Positions 17,747 through 26,682 of a DNA stretch of 64,000 bases are shown here, one piece after another. Origin of the DNA: an uncultured Gammaproteobacteria bacterium (lineage in GTDB: Bacteria > Patescibacteriota > Patescibacteriia > Magasanikbacterales > GWA2-37-8); NCBI GenBank assembly GCA_964478235.1, contig CAYZGX010000003.1, positions 5,914-69,913 on the forward strand, in the 5' to 3' direction. The position numbers were made by a program, and so were the translations under genes. Numbering within the stretch: the first letter of the stretch is position 1; every line of letters begins with the position of its first letter. The notes under the pieces were generated by a model. That model saw only the letters and a program-made list of their open reading frames with translations, ran no database searches and had not been told where the DNA came from.

Positions 17747-20700
17747 ATGGTAAGGAGTTTTCGTACATTTTTTATACTCACACTCATCGCCCTGCTTGGT
17801 TTTAACCAAGCGTCTTTTGCTGTTGCGCAAACAACAACTAGTATTGATATTGGAATGACTATTCCAGGCACCGCTGGTGGCGGAGGTGGTGGAGGCGGTG
17901 GTAATAGTGATCCATTGCCAGAAACAGATAATTCGCCGTCTATCGGATCCGTGGTGGCGACTCCAGGATCAGTCTCGGCACAGATTACTTGGACAGCCAG
18001 TGACGATAAAGGCATTAGTGGTGTTACGTTGGAATACGGAACAACCGAATCATACGGCTCAAATGGTACGGTCAGCGGAGCCTACCTCGCCAATCTCGCC
18101 GGCTTAAGTGCTAGTACACAATATTTTTTTAGAATTAGAGTAACCGACAGTATTGGCCAGGTGGCTAGTTATACCGGCTCATTTACCACTAGCGCAGCTG
18201 CAGATACAACCGCTCCCAATGTGAGTGGAATTGTGGCAACAACTAATGTTACTACTGCCACGATACGGTGGGTGCTCAGCGAAACTGGAACCAGCGAAGT
18301 AGCCTATGGTCTGACAACAAGCTATGGTCAGAATAGTAGTTCTGAATCAGGTTCAGCAACGAATCACCTAACAACACTGAGCGGTTTGGTTGCCAACACA
18401 ACCTATCATTTTAGAATTTCAGCCACCGACAGTAGTGGTAACAGCACAACCACAATTGATGCGGTATTTACCACGCTCGCCGACACCGTGGCGCCAGCCA
18501 ACCCAACCAACGTCTCAGCTGTCACTTCAACCAGCGATATCACACTCGCCTGGACCAATCCACCAGACGGTGATTTTACAAGTATTACCATCGTGCGCAA
18601 AACTGGTAGTGCCCCAACCGCAATTGGTGATGGTACCAGTGTCTATGTCGGCAGTGGTCAAACTTTTGTTGATGCCACTGTTTCTTCGGGCGTCCTATAC
18701 TATTACACACTGTTTGCTTCTGACAGTTCGGGCAATGTAAGTGGTGGTGTGTCAGTAAACGGCCGCGTGACTGCTCCGGTGGTAAATGAAATTTGTAACA
18801 ACAACATTGACGACAATAGTAACGGCCAAACTGATTGTAGTGACTCGGCGTGTACCGCCTCTGCTATTTGTCAGCCACAGATAGAAATTTGTACCAATAG
18901 TATTGATGACGATAGCGATGGATTAATTGATTGCGCTGATTCAACCTGTACTGGGGCAAGTGTTTGCGCGGTTACGACCGAAATTTGTACCAATAGTATT
19001 GATGATAATAATAACGGGCAAACTGATTGTGCTGATGTTGCCTGTTTTGGTGTTTTGGCTTGTCAAAAAGATGATGACGGCTATGTTCCGCCAACCAGCA
19101 CGGTACCAGGAGGGGCTCGTCTCAATATTGGCGACCTCTTATTTTGGGGCGACGGCCGAAGAGTAGCTTTGCAGGTTAATAATGGGGTTGTGACGAGCTT
19201 AGCCGCCCACACAGTATCAGTTGGGCTTCGTAAATCATCGCTCGTGGACACAACTCCAATAAGTGTTATTTTAAAAAACGATAGTGCAAGCTATAGAATG
19301 GTATATGATTCGGGGAGCGAGGCTTACTACACTGACATTGTCTTTCCGCCTGTTGGTCGCCATAGCGTAGGTGTAGAAGTAAATTACGGTGCCGGACAAG
19401 TAGATGTCATTCCGTTTGTTTTTGAGAGTTTGCCTTTTGGTATAGTCCAAAGCGGCGGTCGTTTGGTCAAGGAAGCAACGGTGACCCTCACCACCGAGAG
19501 CGGGCAAGTGGTAGCTGTCGCGGGGAATCCCCACACCACTACTGTTAACGGGTCATATGGTTGGGTAGTACAAAACGGCAGATATATATTGCGGGTAACT
19601 GGCGAAGATTATTATCCACGAGTGACGACGGTTTTTCAGGTAAGCAATAATGTCGTCAATCAAACATTAGAGCTAGTTGAGCGACCACCAGATCTGCTAG
19701 ATGATATTAGCACCACCTCAACCTTGGCTGAAAACGCTACAGCCATTGCTAAAAACTTGGGTAAACAAGCCGGCGCTGTCGCTGAGCTCGGTGTTCAGCG
19801 CGCTAAAGATGCCGCTCAAGCAGTACGGGTCATCAAAAACGACCCAGCTGTTCAACAGGCCGCGAGTCAGGTTGTCGCCCCAACCGCCGTTGGTATCTTT
19901 GCTTTGAGCACCTTTACGGTCGTGAGTTGGAGCAGTATCTTGCCGTTCTTGCGCTTCCTCTTCTTGCAGCCACTCATGCTGCTTGGTTTACGTCGACGCG
20001 CTAAATGGGGTCAAGTCTATAACACCCTTACCAAATTACCGATTGATTTAGCCACTATTCGTTTGTTTGATGCCGAGAAAAATCGTGTACTGCAGGCAAA
20101 AGTGACCGATAAAGAAGGACGTTACGCTTTTGTGGTTAATCCGGGTAAATATCGCATGGAAGTTATTAAAAACGGTTTTGCCTTCCCCTCTGTTCTTTTG
20201 GCTGGAGTCAAAAGCGATGGTCGTCGACCAGATATTTATCATGGTGAAATTATTGAAGTGTCCGAGCAGGGGGCGGTTATCACCGCTAGCATTCCGCTTG
20301 ACCCAGCTGGTGAATATAAAAAGCCAACTCGTTTGATATTTCAAAAAATTGGTCGGGTGTTTCAAGCGGCCTTGTCTTGGCTTGGTCTCATCGTCACTCT
20401 CGCCTCATTATATATTTCCCCACGTTGGTATGTTTGGGTTTTGGCAGTGGTACATATTCTGTTCTTCTTCATGTTCCGTCGCTTGGCAGTGCCACCAAAG
20501 GTAAAAAGTTGGGGTATTGTCTACGATGCGGCCACCAAAAAGCCAATCGGTCGCGCTGTGGCTCGCTTGTTCAATTCCGAATTTAACAAGTTGGTCTCAA
20601 CCCAAGTCACCGACGGCAGTGGTCGCTATTACTTCTTAGCGAGTGATGATAAATATTATGTCACCTATGATCATCCGGAATACAAACAAGAAAAAACTGG

Positions 20701-21067
20701 TGTACTTGATCTAACTGGTCAGAAAACCGACCATATCGCTGTTGATATTGGTTTGGTAAAAGGCCAAGATGAACCAAGAGCGCCCCTCGCTCCGTCGGCA
20801 CCAGTTGTTACTCCAGCACCCGAAGTGCCTCCGCCAGCAACCAATCAGAAACTGCCGGAAGCCCCACCGAGCGCTCCGGTAGTGTCAGAAACTGCATCAG
20901 CTGTAGCTACACCGATTGATCTGAATAACCCGCCTGAGCCCACCCCAGAAGCAGTGGTTTCGCACATTGATTTGGCTAATCCACCCGAACCATCAGCCCC
21001 AAACTCATTACCACATATTGATTTAGCCAACCCACCAGAACCAGGCGAAGAAAAAAAAGCACCATAA
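17747..21067 (+). CDS. Giant multidomain surface protein
   Basis: Signal peptide, then a poly-Gly run. Three FN3-like repeats (…TQYFFRIRVTDS…, …TTYHFRISATDS…). Three ~36-aa repeats CTNSIDD(D/N)x(D/N)GxxDCADxxC. Three regulatory-like beta-sandwich domains (e.g. IRLFDAEKNRVLQAKVTDKEGRYAFVVNPGKYRMEV) alternating with hydrophobic TM segments. C-terminal IDL(A/N)NPPEP x3 at 20920-21050. Confidence 0.75.
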   Translation: MVRSFRTFFILTLIALLGFNQASFAVAQTTTSIDIGMTIPGTAGGGGGGGGGNSDPLPETDNSPSIGSVVATPGSVSAQITWTASDDKGISGVTLEYGTTESYGSNGTVSGAYLANLAGLSASTQYFFRIRVTDSIGQVASYTGSFTTSAAADTTAPNVSGIVATTNVTTATIRWVLSETGTSEVAYGLTTSYGQNSSSESGSATNHLTTLSGLVANTTYHFRISATDSSGNSTTTIDAVFTTLADTVAPANPTNVSAVTSTSDITLAWTNPPDGDFTSITIVRKTGSAPTAIGDGTSVYVGSGQTFVDATVSSGVLYYYTLFASDSSGNVSGGVSVNGRVTAPVVNEICNNNIDDNSNGQTDCSDSACTASAICQPQIEICTNSIDDDSDGLIDCADSTCTGASVCAVTTEICTNSIDDNNNGQTDCADVACFGVLACQKDDDGYVPPTSTVPGGARLNIGDLLFWGDGRRVALQVNNGVVTSLAAHTVSVGLRKSSLVDTTPISVILKNDSASYRMVYDSGSEAYYTDIVFPPVGRHSVGVEVNYGAGQVDVIPFVFESLPFGIVQSGGRLVKEATVTLTTESGQVVAVAGNPHTTTVNGSYGWVVQNGRYILRVTGEDYYPRVTTVFQVSNNVVNQTLELVERPPDLLDDISTTSTLAENATAIAKNLGKQAGAVAELGVQRAKDAAQAVRVIKNDPAVQQAASQVVAPTAVGIFALSTFTVVSWSSILPFLRFLFLQPLMLLGLRRRAKWGQVYNTLTKLPIDLATIRLFDAEKNRVLQAKVTDKEGRYAFVVNPGKYRMEVIKNGFAFPSVLLAGVKSDGRRPDIYHGEIIEVSEQGAVITASIPLDPAGEYKKPTRLIFQKIGRVFQAALSWLGLIVTLASLYISPRWYVWVLAVVHILFFFMFRRLAVPPKVKSWGIVYDAATKKPIGRAVARLFNSEFNKLVSTQVTDGSGRYYFLASDDKYYVTYDHPEYKQEKTGVLDLTGQKTDHIAVDIGLVKGQDEPRAPLAPSAPVVTPAPEVPPPATNQKLPEAPPSAPVVSETASAVATPIDLNNPPEPTPEAVVSHIDLANPPEPSAPNSLPHIDLANPPEPGEEKKAP

Positions 21068-21082
21068 GGGTGCTTTTTTGTT
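21052..21082. terminator. Bidirectional terminator between the surface-protein gene and tRNA-Ala
   Basis: AAAAGCACC-ataag-GGTGCTTTT followed by TTTG. Confidence 0.6.
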
Positions 21083-21159
21083 TGGTGGACCTGAGGGGAT
21101 TTGAACCCCTGACCTTTCCCATGCCATGGGAACGCTCTAGCCAGCTGAGCTACAGGCCC
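21083..21159 (-). tRNA. tRNA-Ala (anticodon GGC), CCA encoded
   Basis: Reverse complement GGGCCTGTAGCTCAGCTGGCTAGAGCGTTCCCATGGCATGGGAAAGGTCAGGGGTTCAAATCCCCTCAGGTCCACCA. G3:U70 Ala identity pair. Anticodon loop ATGGCAT. Confidence 0.9.
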
Positions 21160-21264
21160 GTTTAAGGCAGGGGCATTATAAAAACTTTTTGGGCGGCTGT
21201 CAACGGAGAGCCTTGCTTTTTAAGCCATTTTCAGCTATAGTGAGGCTACTTATTATCTTTTCTT

Positions 21265-22335
21265 ATGTCATTTTCCATTGGTATCGTCGGCTTGCCGAAT
21301 GTTGGCAAATCAACCCTTTTTAACGCCCTCACCCGCAGTAAGCAGGCGCTCGCCGCCAACTATCCGTTTGCGACCATCGACCCTAATGTTGGGGTGGTAG
21401 AAGTCCCTGATGCTCGTTTGTCGGCCCTCACCAAGACTTCTAGTTCAGTCAAAACTATCCCAACTACAATTGAATTTATCGATATCGCCGGCATTGTGAA
21501 GGGTGCTTCTGAAGGCGAAGGTTTGGGTAATAAATTTTTATCACACATTCGCGAGGTTGATGCTATCGCTCAAGTTGTGCGCGCTTTTTCTGATGATAAT
21601 ATCATCCATGTTCATAATCGCGTTGATCCCAAAGACGATGCAGCGATTATCAATACCGAATTGGCTCTCGCTGATCTGCAAACTGTGGAAAAACGCTTGG
21701 AAAATGCTAAACGCATGATGAAGGGTGTTGGTGCTAAAGAATATGGGCCACAAGCTGAGCTTTTTCAGCGTGTCAACGACCATTTACAGCAAGGTTTGCC
21801 AGCCCGTGAACTCTCCTATACTGATGAAGAGATGGTTTTAATGCGTGACCTGCATCTCCTTACGATGAAACCGATGCTTTACGTCGTCAATGTTGACGAA
21901 GGAGCAAGTAATACACCAAAAATTAGTGAAGCCGCTGCTCAAATTGAAATCTCAGCTAAAATTGAAGCTGAAGTGGCCGACCTGTCTCCAGAAGAAGCGA
22001 CCGCTTTTCTCAAAGAGCTTGGTATTACTCAAACCGGTCTTGATAAACTTATTGTTGCTGGCTATAAACTTCTTAATCTCGTTACTTATTTCACCTCTGG
22101 CCCCGAAGAAACTCGCGCTTGGACAGTTAAAGAAAATACAACCGCACCAAATGCTGCTGGGGTAATTCACACTGACTTCATTAAAGGCTTTGTTAAGGCG
22201 GATGTTATTAACTGGAAAGACTTCGTTGATAACGCTGGCTGGAGTAAAGTCAAAGAAACTGGTAAACTACGTCTAGAGGGCAAAGACTATATCGTCAAAG
22301 ATGGCGATGTTTGTTACTTCCATATTGCTAAATAA
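21265..22335 (+). CDS. ychF: Ribosome-binding ATPase YchF (Obg-family GTPase)
   Basis: G1 motif [18 protein letters not shown]. 356 aa. C-terminal TGS-like domain. Confidence 0.95.
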   Translation: MSFSIGIVGLPNVGKSTLFNALTRSKQALAANYPFATIDPNVGVVEVPDARLSALTKTSSSVKTIPTTIEFIDIAGIVKGASEGEGLGNKFLSHIREVDAIAQVVRAFSDDNIIHVHNRVDPKDDAAIINTELALADLQTVEKRLENAKRMMKGVGAKEYGPQAELFQRVNDHLQQGLPARELSYTDEEMVLMRDLHLLTMKPMLYVVNVDEGASNTPKISEAAAQIEISAKIEAEVADLSPEEATAFLKELGITQTGLDKLIVAGYKLLNLVTYFTSGPEETRAWTVKENTTAPNAAGVIHTDFIKGFVKADVINWKDFVDNAGWSKVKETGKLRLEGKDYIVKDGDVCYFHIAK

Positions 22336-22347
22336 CAATACTTTATT

Positions 22348-23070
22348 GTGGGCATGCACCATAACCCTAATTTTATCCATCACAAAAAAGATACGCTCGC
22401 TACATCAGTAGTGCGCGAGATTATTTTTGGAATGGAAGATGGTTTGGTGTCGACGATGGGTGCTGTCACCGGCATTGCGGCTGCGAGCCAAGATCATTTT
22501 ATCGTGGTGTTATCAGGTCTGGTTATTATTGCTGTTGAGTCAGTATCAATGGGTGTCGGTTCGTATTTATCGACCAAATCAGAAAAAGAAATTGACGAAC
22601 GAAAATTACACGAAGAAAAAATCGAGCTTAAAAAATTTCCTGAAGAAGAAGAAATTGAGTTGGCGGAGATGTATGTGGCTGACGGTTGGCCAAAAACTCT
22701 CGCCAAAGATATGGCTGCAACAGCTGCAAAAAACAAAAAATTATTTTTACAAGAAATGGCCTATCGCGAGCTCAAAGTGTTCCCCGACCAAATGGAACAC
22801 CCGCTTCAGAACGGCATCTCTATGGGAGTGGCCTATGTAATTGGTGGTACTATCGCTTTACTGCCGTATATTTTTATTAAAAACGTTCCGACAGCCATCA
22901 CCTACTCCGTCATAATTACTCTAATTAGTTTATTTATGCTGGGGGCTGGTACAACCAGGTTTTCTAAGCGCAGTTGGTGGAAAGCAGGCCTTGAAATGCT
23001 CATTCTCGCGAGCGTCGCCGCTGGGTTTGGGTATGGAGCAGGTCAATTAGCAGAACTGATTTTGCAGTAA
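22348..23070 (+). CDS. VIT1/CCC1-family (vacuolar iron transporter-like) membrane protein
   Basis: FGMEDGLVSTMGAVTGIAAASQD...VESVSMGVGSYLS is the VIT family signature. Acidic central loop. C-terminal TM bundle. Confidence 0.75.
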   Translation: MGMHHNPNFIHHKKDTLATSVVREIIFGMEDGLVSTMGAVTGIAAASQDHFIVVLSGLVIIAVESVSMGVGSYLSTKSEKEIDERKLHEEKIELKKFPEEEEIELAEMYVADGWPKTLAKDMAATAAKNKKLFLQEMAYRELKVFPDQMEHPLQNGISMGVAYVIGGTIALLPYIFIKNVPTAITYSVIITLISLFMLGAGTTRFSKRSWWKAGLEMLILASVAAGFGYGAGQLAELILQ

Positions 23071-23086
23071 TACTAATTTTTTTACT

Positions 23087-23620
23087 ATGCAAATAAAACC
23101 AGCAGCCATAGGCGGCATAACAGCACTTTTATTGGTTGGTGCTGGATGTGAAATGCAAAACACTGTACCAAATAATGCTACCCAACAAGAAGAAGCGCAA
23201 GCAGAAACCGCCCCAGCAGTAGGCACAGAGCGGCGCGCTACGCAGCCAACAGCTCCAGCTAGTCGCCAGGCAACACCAGACAATGGTGATAGTGAAGAGT
23301 TAAAAACCAACCCAGGTCTCACACAAGCTGAAAACCTCTTTGAGCAGTACCGAACGCGCATGACTCTGGCAGCAGTTGCAGCAGCACCAAAAATCGCCCC
23401 TTTGTACGATAAGCCAGATTGGGCGAATTATGAACCCTACGCCAAAGCTATGTATGACGAGGGTTTAGTTGCCTCCAAAGCTTTGCTTGAGGCCACTAAC
23501 GCCTTTGAGAATAAAGAATCAGGGGCAGAAGTGCTCATTGCCAAAGCAAACACAGCAATGAAATTATTTTTAGAAAAAATTCAGGCCTTTGAAGCGCGTT
23601 GGGCGGTTTCTGGTCAATAA
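23087..23620 (+). CDS. Hypothetical lipoprotein
   Basis: Signal plus lipobox LLVGAGC. Low-complexity Q/A/E-rich N-terminal region. Confidence 0.5.
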   Translation: MQIKPAAIGGITALLLVGAGCEMQNTVPNNATQQEEAQAETAPAVGTERRATQPTAPASRQATPDNGDSEELKTNPGLTQAENLFEQYRTRMTLAAVAAAPKIAPLYDKPDWANYEPYAKAMYDEGLVASKALLEATNAFENKESGAEVLIAKANTAMKLFLEKIQAFEARWAVSGQ

Positions 23621-23629
23621 ATATACTCT

Positions 23630-24013
23630 ATGAAAAAATTAGCGACAGTACTAGTGGGGCTTGTGTTGTTAGGTGGTGGTTGTGCTCCAACAGCACCAAC
23701 CCCAGTCTCAGAAAATACCGAAGAAGCTGTTCAGGCAAGAATGTCAGGGCAGATTACTCAGATTGTTGATGATAGCACCTTTATTATTCTCAAAAAGAGC
23801 CCAGAAACCGGTGAAGACACTACTGAAAAAATTAGCGTTACCTATAATGAAAAAACACGTTTTGCAGTACCTGATGGATCGGGTATTGGGGCACCGATTG
23901 CCAAGCCGCAGATTGAAGCGGGGATGGTGGTTGAAGTGCAAGGTGAGCTAGAAGTTGGCTTAGACCCGTACGCAATGCTGTTTGCTAATAATATTATCTT
24001 CAACGCCGAATAA
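23630..24013 (+). CDS. Hypothetical lipoprotein
   Basis: Signal plus lipobox LLGGGC. 127 aa. Confidence 0.5.
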   Translation: MKKLATVLVGLVLLGGGCAPTAPTPVSENTEEAVQARMSGQITQIVDDSTFIILKKSPETGEDTTEKISVTYNEKTRFAVPDGSGIGAPIAKPQIEAGMVVEVQGELEVGLDPYAMLFANNIIFNAE

Positions 24014-24023
24014 AGAAAAAACA

Positions 24024-24052
24024 AAAAACCGACCACGAAGGTCGGTTTTTTT
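24024..24052. terminator. Bidirectional intrinsic terminator
   Basis: AAAAACCGACC-acgaa-GGTCGGTTTTTTT. Confidence 0.65.
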
Positions 24053-24054
24053 AT

Positions 24055-25251
24055 TTAACCCTTGTAGATAAATTTCCAAATTTCACGCCCGACATGCTGG
24101 CCGGGACGATCGTAGAGAACATAAGGCTCACGGGAAATGTCGCTTGGTAAAAGCGGTTGTGGTTTGAAGCCAAGCGAGGCAATCGCGGGTACTGTTTTTT
24201 CGGCAGTACGAACAAGATCTTTGCCGGCACGAAAGCGCGGTAAAATAAAAACAATTTGAGCACCGGGCTTTAGTATGGAGACAAGAGAAGAAAATGTTTT
24301 TTGGTACAGTACAACTAATTCAGCAGTATTTTTTTTGAGTGCCTCTGCTGTTTCAAAACCCTTGAGTGGTGGGCCAAGAAACGGTTCAGTCATAACACCG
24401 TCGATGCTATGAGCTGGAATGTTTTTTGGAACCGAGCGAATATCATGTTCAAAAACGGTCATAGCTGGAGAAGTGTGTGGGGCAATATGAGTATGCAACC
24501 AAGTGTTGTTGGTGTTGGTGTCGGCAATCGCTTTGGCGCTAATATCGCTGCCAAATAGCTTAGTATAACCAAGTAAAGTCGCCTCCATAAGCGTGGTGCC
24601 AGAACCACACGATGGGTCGTAGAGTGTAGCGGTTTTTGGCAAGCCAAGACAATTAATCATCATGATGGCTAGTTTGGGCGGAAGCATTCCGCTCACATCA
24701 TCGCGCCCTGGGCGGCCAAAATCGCGAGCACTAAGCGCTTCAAACGGCTGAACAGCGCGAGTTTGGGCAAGAGAAAACGTTGTGCCGGTTGGTAAAATGA
24801 TAAACTCTGCTCCGCGCGAAAGAAGACCATTTTTTTCCACGGACACCGATGATAAATCAAGTTTTCCACGATTATCAACATAACGCACCGACCGTCCTTC
24901 GGCTTTAAGTTTCTTTTTAATTTCTTTACCAAAATCCTCCAGTAATTTTCCGCTCAAGGTAAGTTTTTCACCAGGATAACTACTCAGACCAAAAATAATT
25001 TTGCTATCTTGAACAAGCAGGCGTTCAAAAATAGTACTCAGCAACTCTTCGCGAGTGAGACCGAGAGCAATTTCTTGGGCAATTTTTACTGTACCACCAA
25101 GCTCGGTGATTAATTTCTTTGGTTCACAAGTAAGCGTAGAGCCAAAAACAGCGTTCGCGAGCGGGGTAAACGTAGCAGTAGGAAATAAGCCAAACAACTC
25201 AGCCAAAGATAGCTTCGGCTCGTGTCCGGTGATAAACCAATAAGAGGACAT
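24055..25251 (-). CDS. THUMP-domain class I SAM-dependent RNA methyltransferase (Trm14/TrmN/RlmL-like)
   Basis: N-terminal THUMP-like region. SAM motif LYDPSCGSGTTLMEA and downstream MTase motifs. ORF opens at 25344. Likely start is MSSYWF at 25251. Confidence 0.65.
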   Translation of the reverse strand: MSSYWFITGHEPKLSLAELFGLFPTATFTPLANAVFGSTLTCEPKKLITELGGTVKIAQEIALGLTREELLSTIFERLLVQDSKIIFGLSSYPGEKLTLSGKLLEDFGKEIKKKLKAEGRSVRYVDNRGKLDLSSVSVEKNGLLSRGAEFIILPTGTTFSLAQTRAVQPFEALSARDFGRPGRDDVSGMLPPKLAIMMINCLGLPKTATLYDPSCGSGTTLMEATLLGYTKLFGSDISAKAIADTNTNNTWLHTHIAPHTSPAMTVFEHDIRSVPKNIPAHSIDGVMTEPFLGPPLKGFETAEALKKNTAELVVLYQKTFSSLVSILKPGAQIVFILPRFRAGKDLVRTAEKTVPAIASLGFKPQPLLPSDISREPYVLYDRPGQHVGREIWKFIYKG

Positions 25252-25258
25252 ATAATGC

Positions 25259-25591
25259 TTAGGATCGCGGAGTAGGAGTGGTAGTAGCTGGTCGAGGCAC
25301 CGGAACAAAGACATTCCGAAGCGTTGAGGAGGGAACACTAGCATTATTCTTGAGAAGTATCAAGGTTCTAGCCTGATCAAAGGAATTTTGGTTAATAACG
25401 GTAATAACGGTGGCAAAATTAAGCACAGCAATAGTATCAGCGTCTTCCAGTGTTCGATAAATTTTAAGATAGATAAAATAGATACTACCAACAGCGCTGG
25501 CGAGCAAAAAAGCCAGTGTCAAAATACTGACAATTCGCCAGCCAAGATAGGCGGTGGTTTTTTGTAGTTTTGGAAATTTAATTGACAGCAT
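25259..25591 (-). CDS. Small membrane protein at the end of the pil operon (possible minor assembly component)
   Basis: Single TM (VSILTLAFLLASAVGSIYFIYL). Pro/Thr-rich C-terminus. Co-oriented with and 13 nt overlapping pilO. Confidence 0.4.
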   Translation of the reverse strand: MLSIKFPKLQKTTAYLGWRIVSILTLAFLLASAVGSIYFIYLKIYRTLEDADTIAVLNFATVITVINQNSFDQARTLILLKNNASVPSSTLRNVFVPVPRPATTTPTPRS

Positions 25592-26126
25592 AGAGACTCA
25601 TTTCAATGGTAGCGTTAATAAGTTGTTCAGTCGGACGATTTCTGTCTGACACACTACTCATTGTTAGGCGGTTAATAGAGATAAAATAGGGAACTCGCTC
25701 CAGAGCGGTTATATAGGTAAGAACATTGGTGTAGCCGCCCGAGACAGATATAGAGAAAGTAATCTTTTTGTCAGTGATAGTATCGAGATTGGAAGAAAGA
25801 ACTTTGTAACTTAGTTTATTGTGAGAAGCGGTTTCTTCAAGCAGGGTAATCAAAGCGAGCTCGTTACCAAGAGTATAGAGATGATCGTCGAACGTCTCAA
25901 GCTGGTCTTTAATTTCGGCAATTTTTTTGACGGAAACTTTAGCGTTAGCACTTCGAGCGTAGCGCTGCTCAAGATAGAAGCGAAGATTGTACGTTTCTTT
26001 ATCGGCTTCATAAATCGCTTTGACCGTTGGCACCAAGATAAACCCAATAATAATCAACAAAATAACGCCAAAACTAGCTACCAGAGCCTGTATTTTCTGC
26101 CCAGTTGTCAGATGTGGTAATGGCAT
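25578..26126 (-). CDS. pilO: Type IV pilus assembly protein PilO-like
   Basis: N-terminal TM plus coiled coil. Position after pilN in the operon. ~180 aa. Confidence 0.55.
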   Translation of the reverse strand: MPLPHLTTGQKIQALVASFGVILLIIIGFILVPTVKAIYEADKETYNLRFYLEQRYARSANAKVSVKKIAEIKDQLETFDDHLYTLGNELALITLLEETASHNKLSYKVLSSNLDTITDKKITFSISVSGGYTNVLTYITALERVPYFISINRLTMSSVSDRNRPTEQLINATIEMSLYAVN

Positions 26127-26130
26127 AAGG

Positions 26131-26682
26131 TTATGATTTTTTTAGCGGTGACGGTAAAGCAATCGATCCTTTAATTTCAAAACCAACATTCTCCTTTTGG
26201 AATAGCTGTGATTTTGGAGTAGAAACATTCTTGATCCAAGGGATAGTGGCTAAAATTTGCTGGAAATTAAGGAGGGCTGGGCGAGATTCAGCGTTGCCAG
26301 TAATAAGAATCGTGTTATTTTTTCGATCAATATCAAGCACTTGAAGAGTAATAGTTGAAGGAATAACAGCAAACAGCTCCTGGAGACGTTCAGAAATGAT
26401 AGTGAAATCAGCTCCTGATAACGTCACTGATTTGGTCAGGCTGTTAATACGACGGACTTCTTGGTCGACCGCTGTTTGTTCACGATTAATAAGCAAGGTG
26501 CTGGTGGAAAGATCGGCCAAAGTTTGACTGATGATTAAAAGACCAAGTAAGTGGATGACGGTGATAAAAGAAAAAACCAAAATAGTTATTTCCAAAAGTT
26601 CTTTAACGAAAATAAAACGCACTAAGTTTAAAAACTTTTTTCGTTTGTCTGGTGATAGTAAATTGAGGTGGAGAGTCTTCAT
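26131..26682 (-). CDS. pilN: Type IV pilus assembly protein PilN
   Basis: N-terminal LNLLSPDKRKKF (INLLP-type PilN motif) followed by a TM helix. Overlaps pilM by 4 nt. Confidence 0.7.
   Translation of the reverse strand: MKTLHLNLLSPDKRKKFLNLVRFIFVKELLEITILVFSFITVIHLLGLLIISQTLADLSTSTLLINREQTAVDQEVRRINSLTKSVTLSGADFTIISERLQELFAVIPSTITLQVLDIDRKNNTILITGNAESRPALLNFQQILATIPWIKNVSTPKSQLFQKENVGFEIKGSIALPSPLKKS

Noticed and set aside
17877-17906. GGTGGCGGAGGTGGTGGAGGCGGTGGT repeat, considered as a possible CRISPR or microsatellite element
   Set aside because: It is a poly-glycine coding run inside the surface-protein gene. I saw no spacer-repeat periodicity anywhere in the window.
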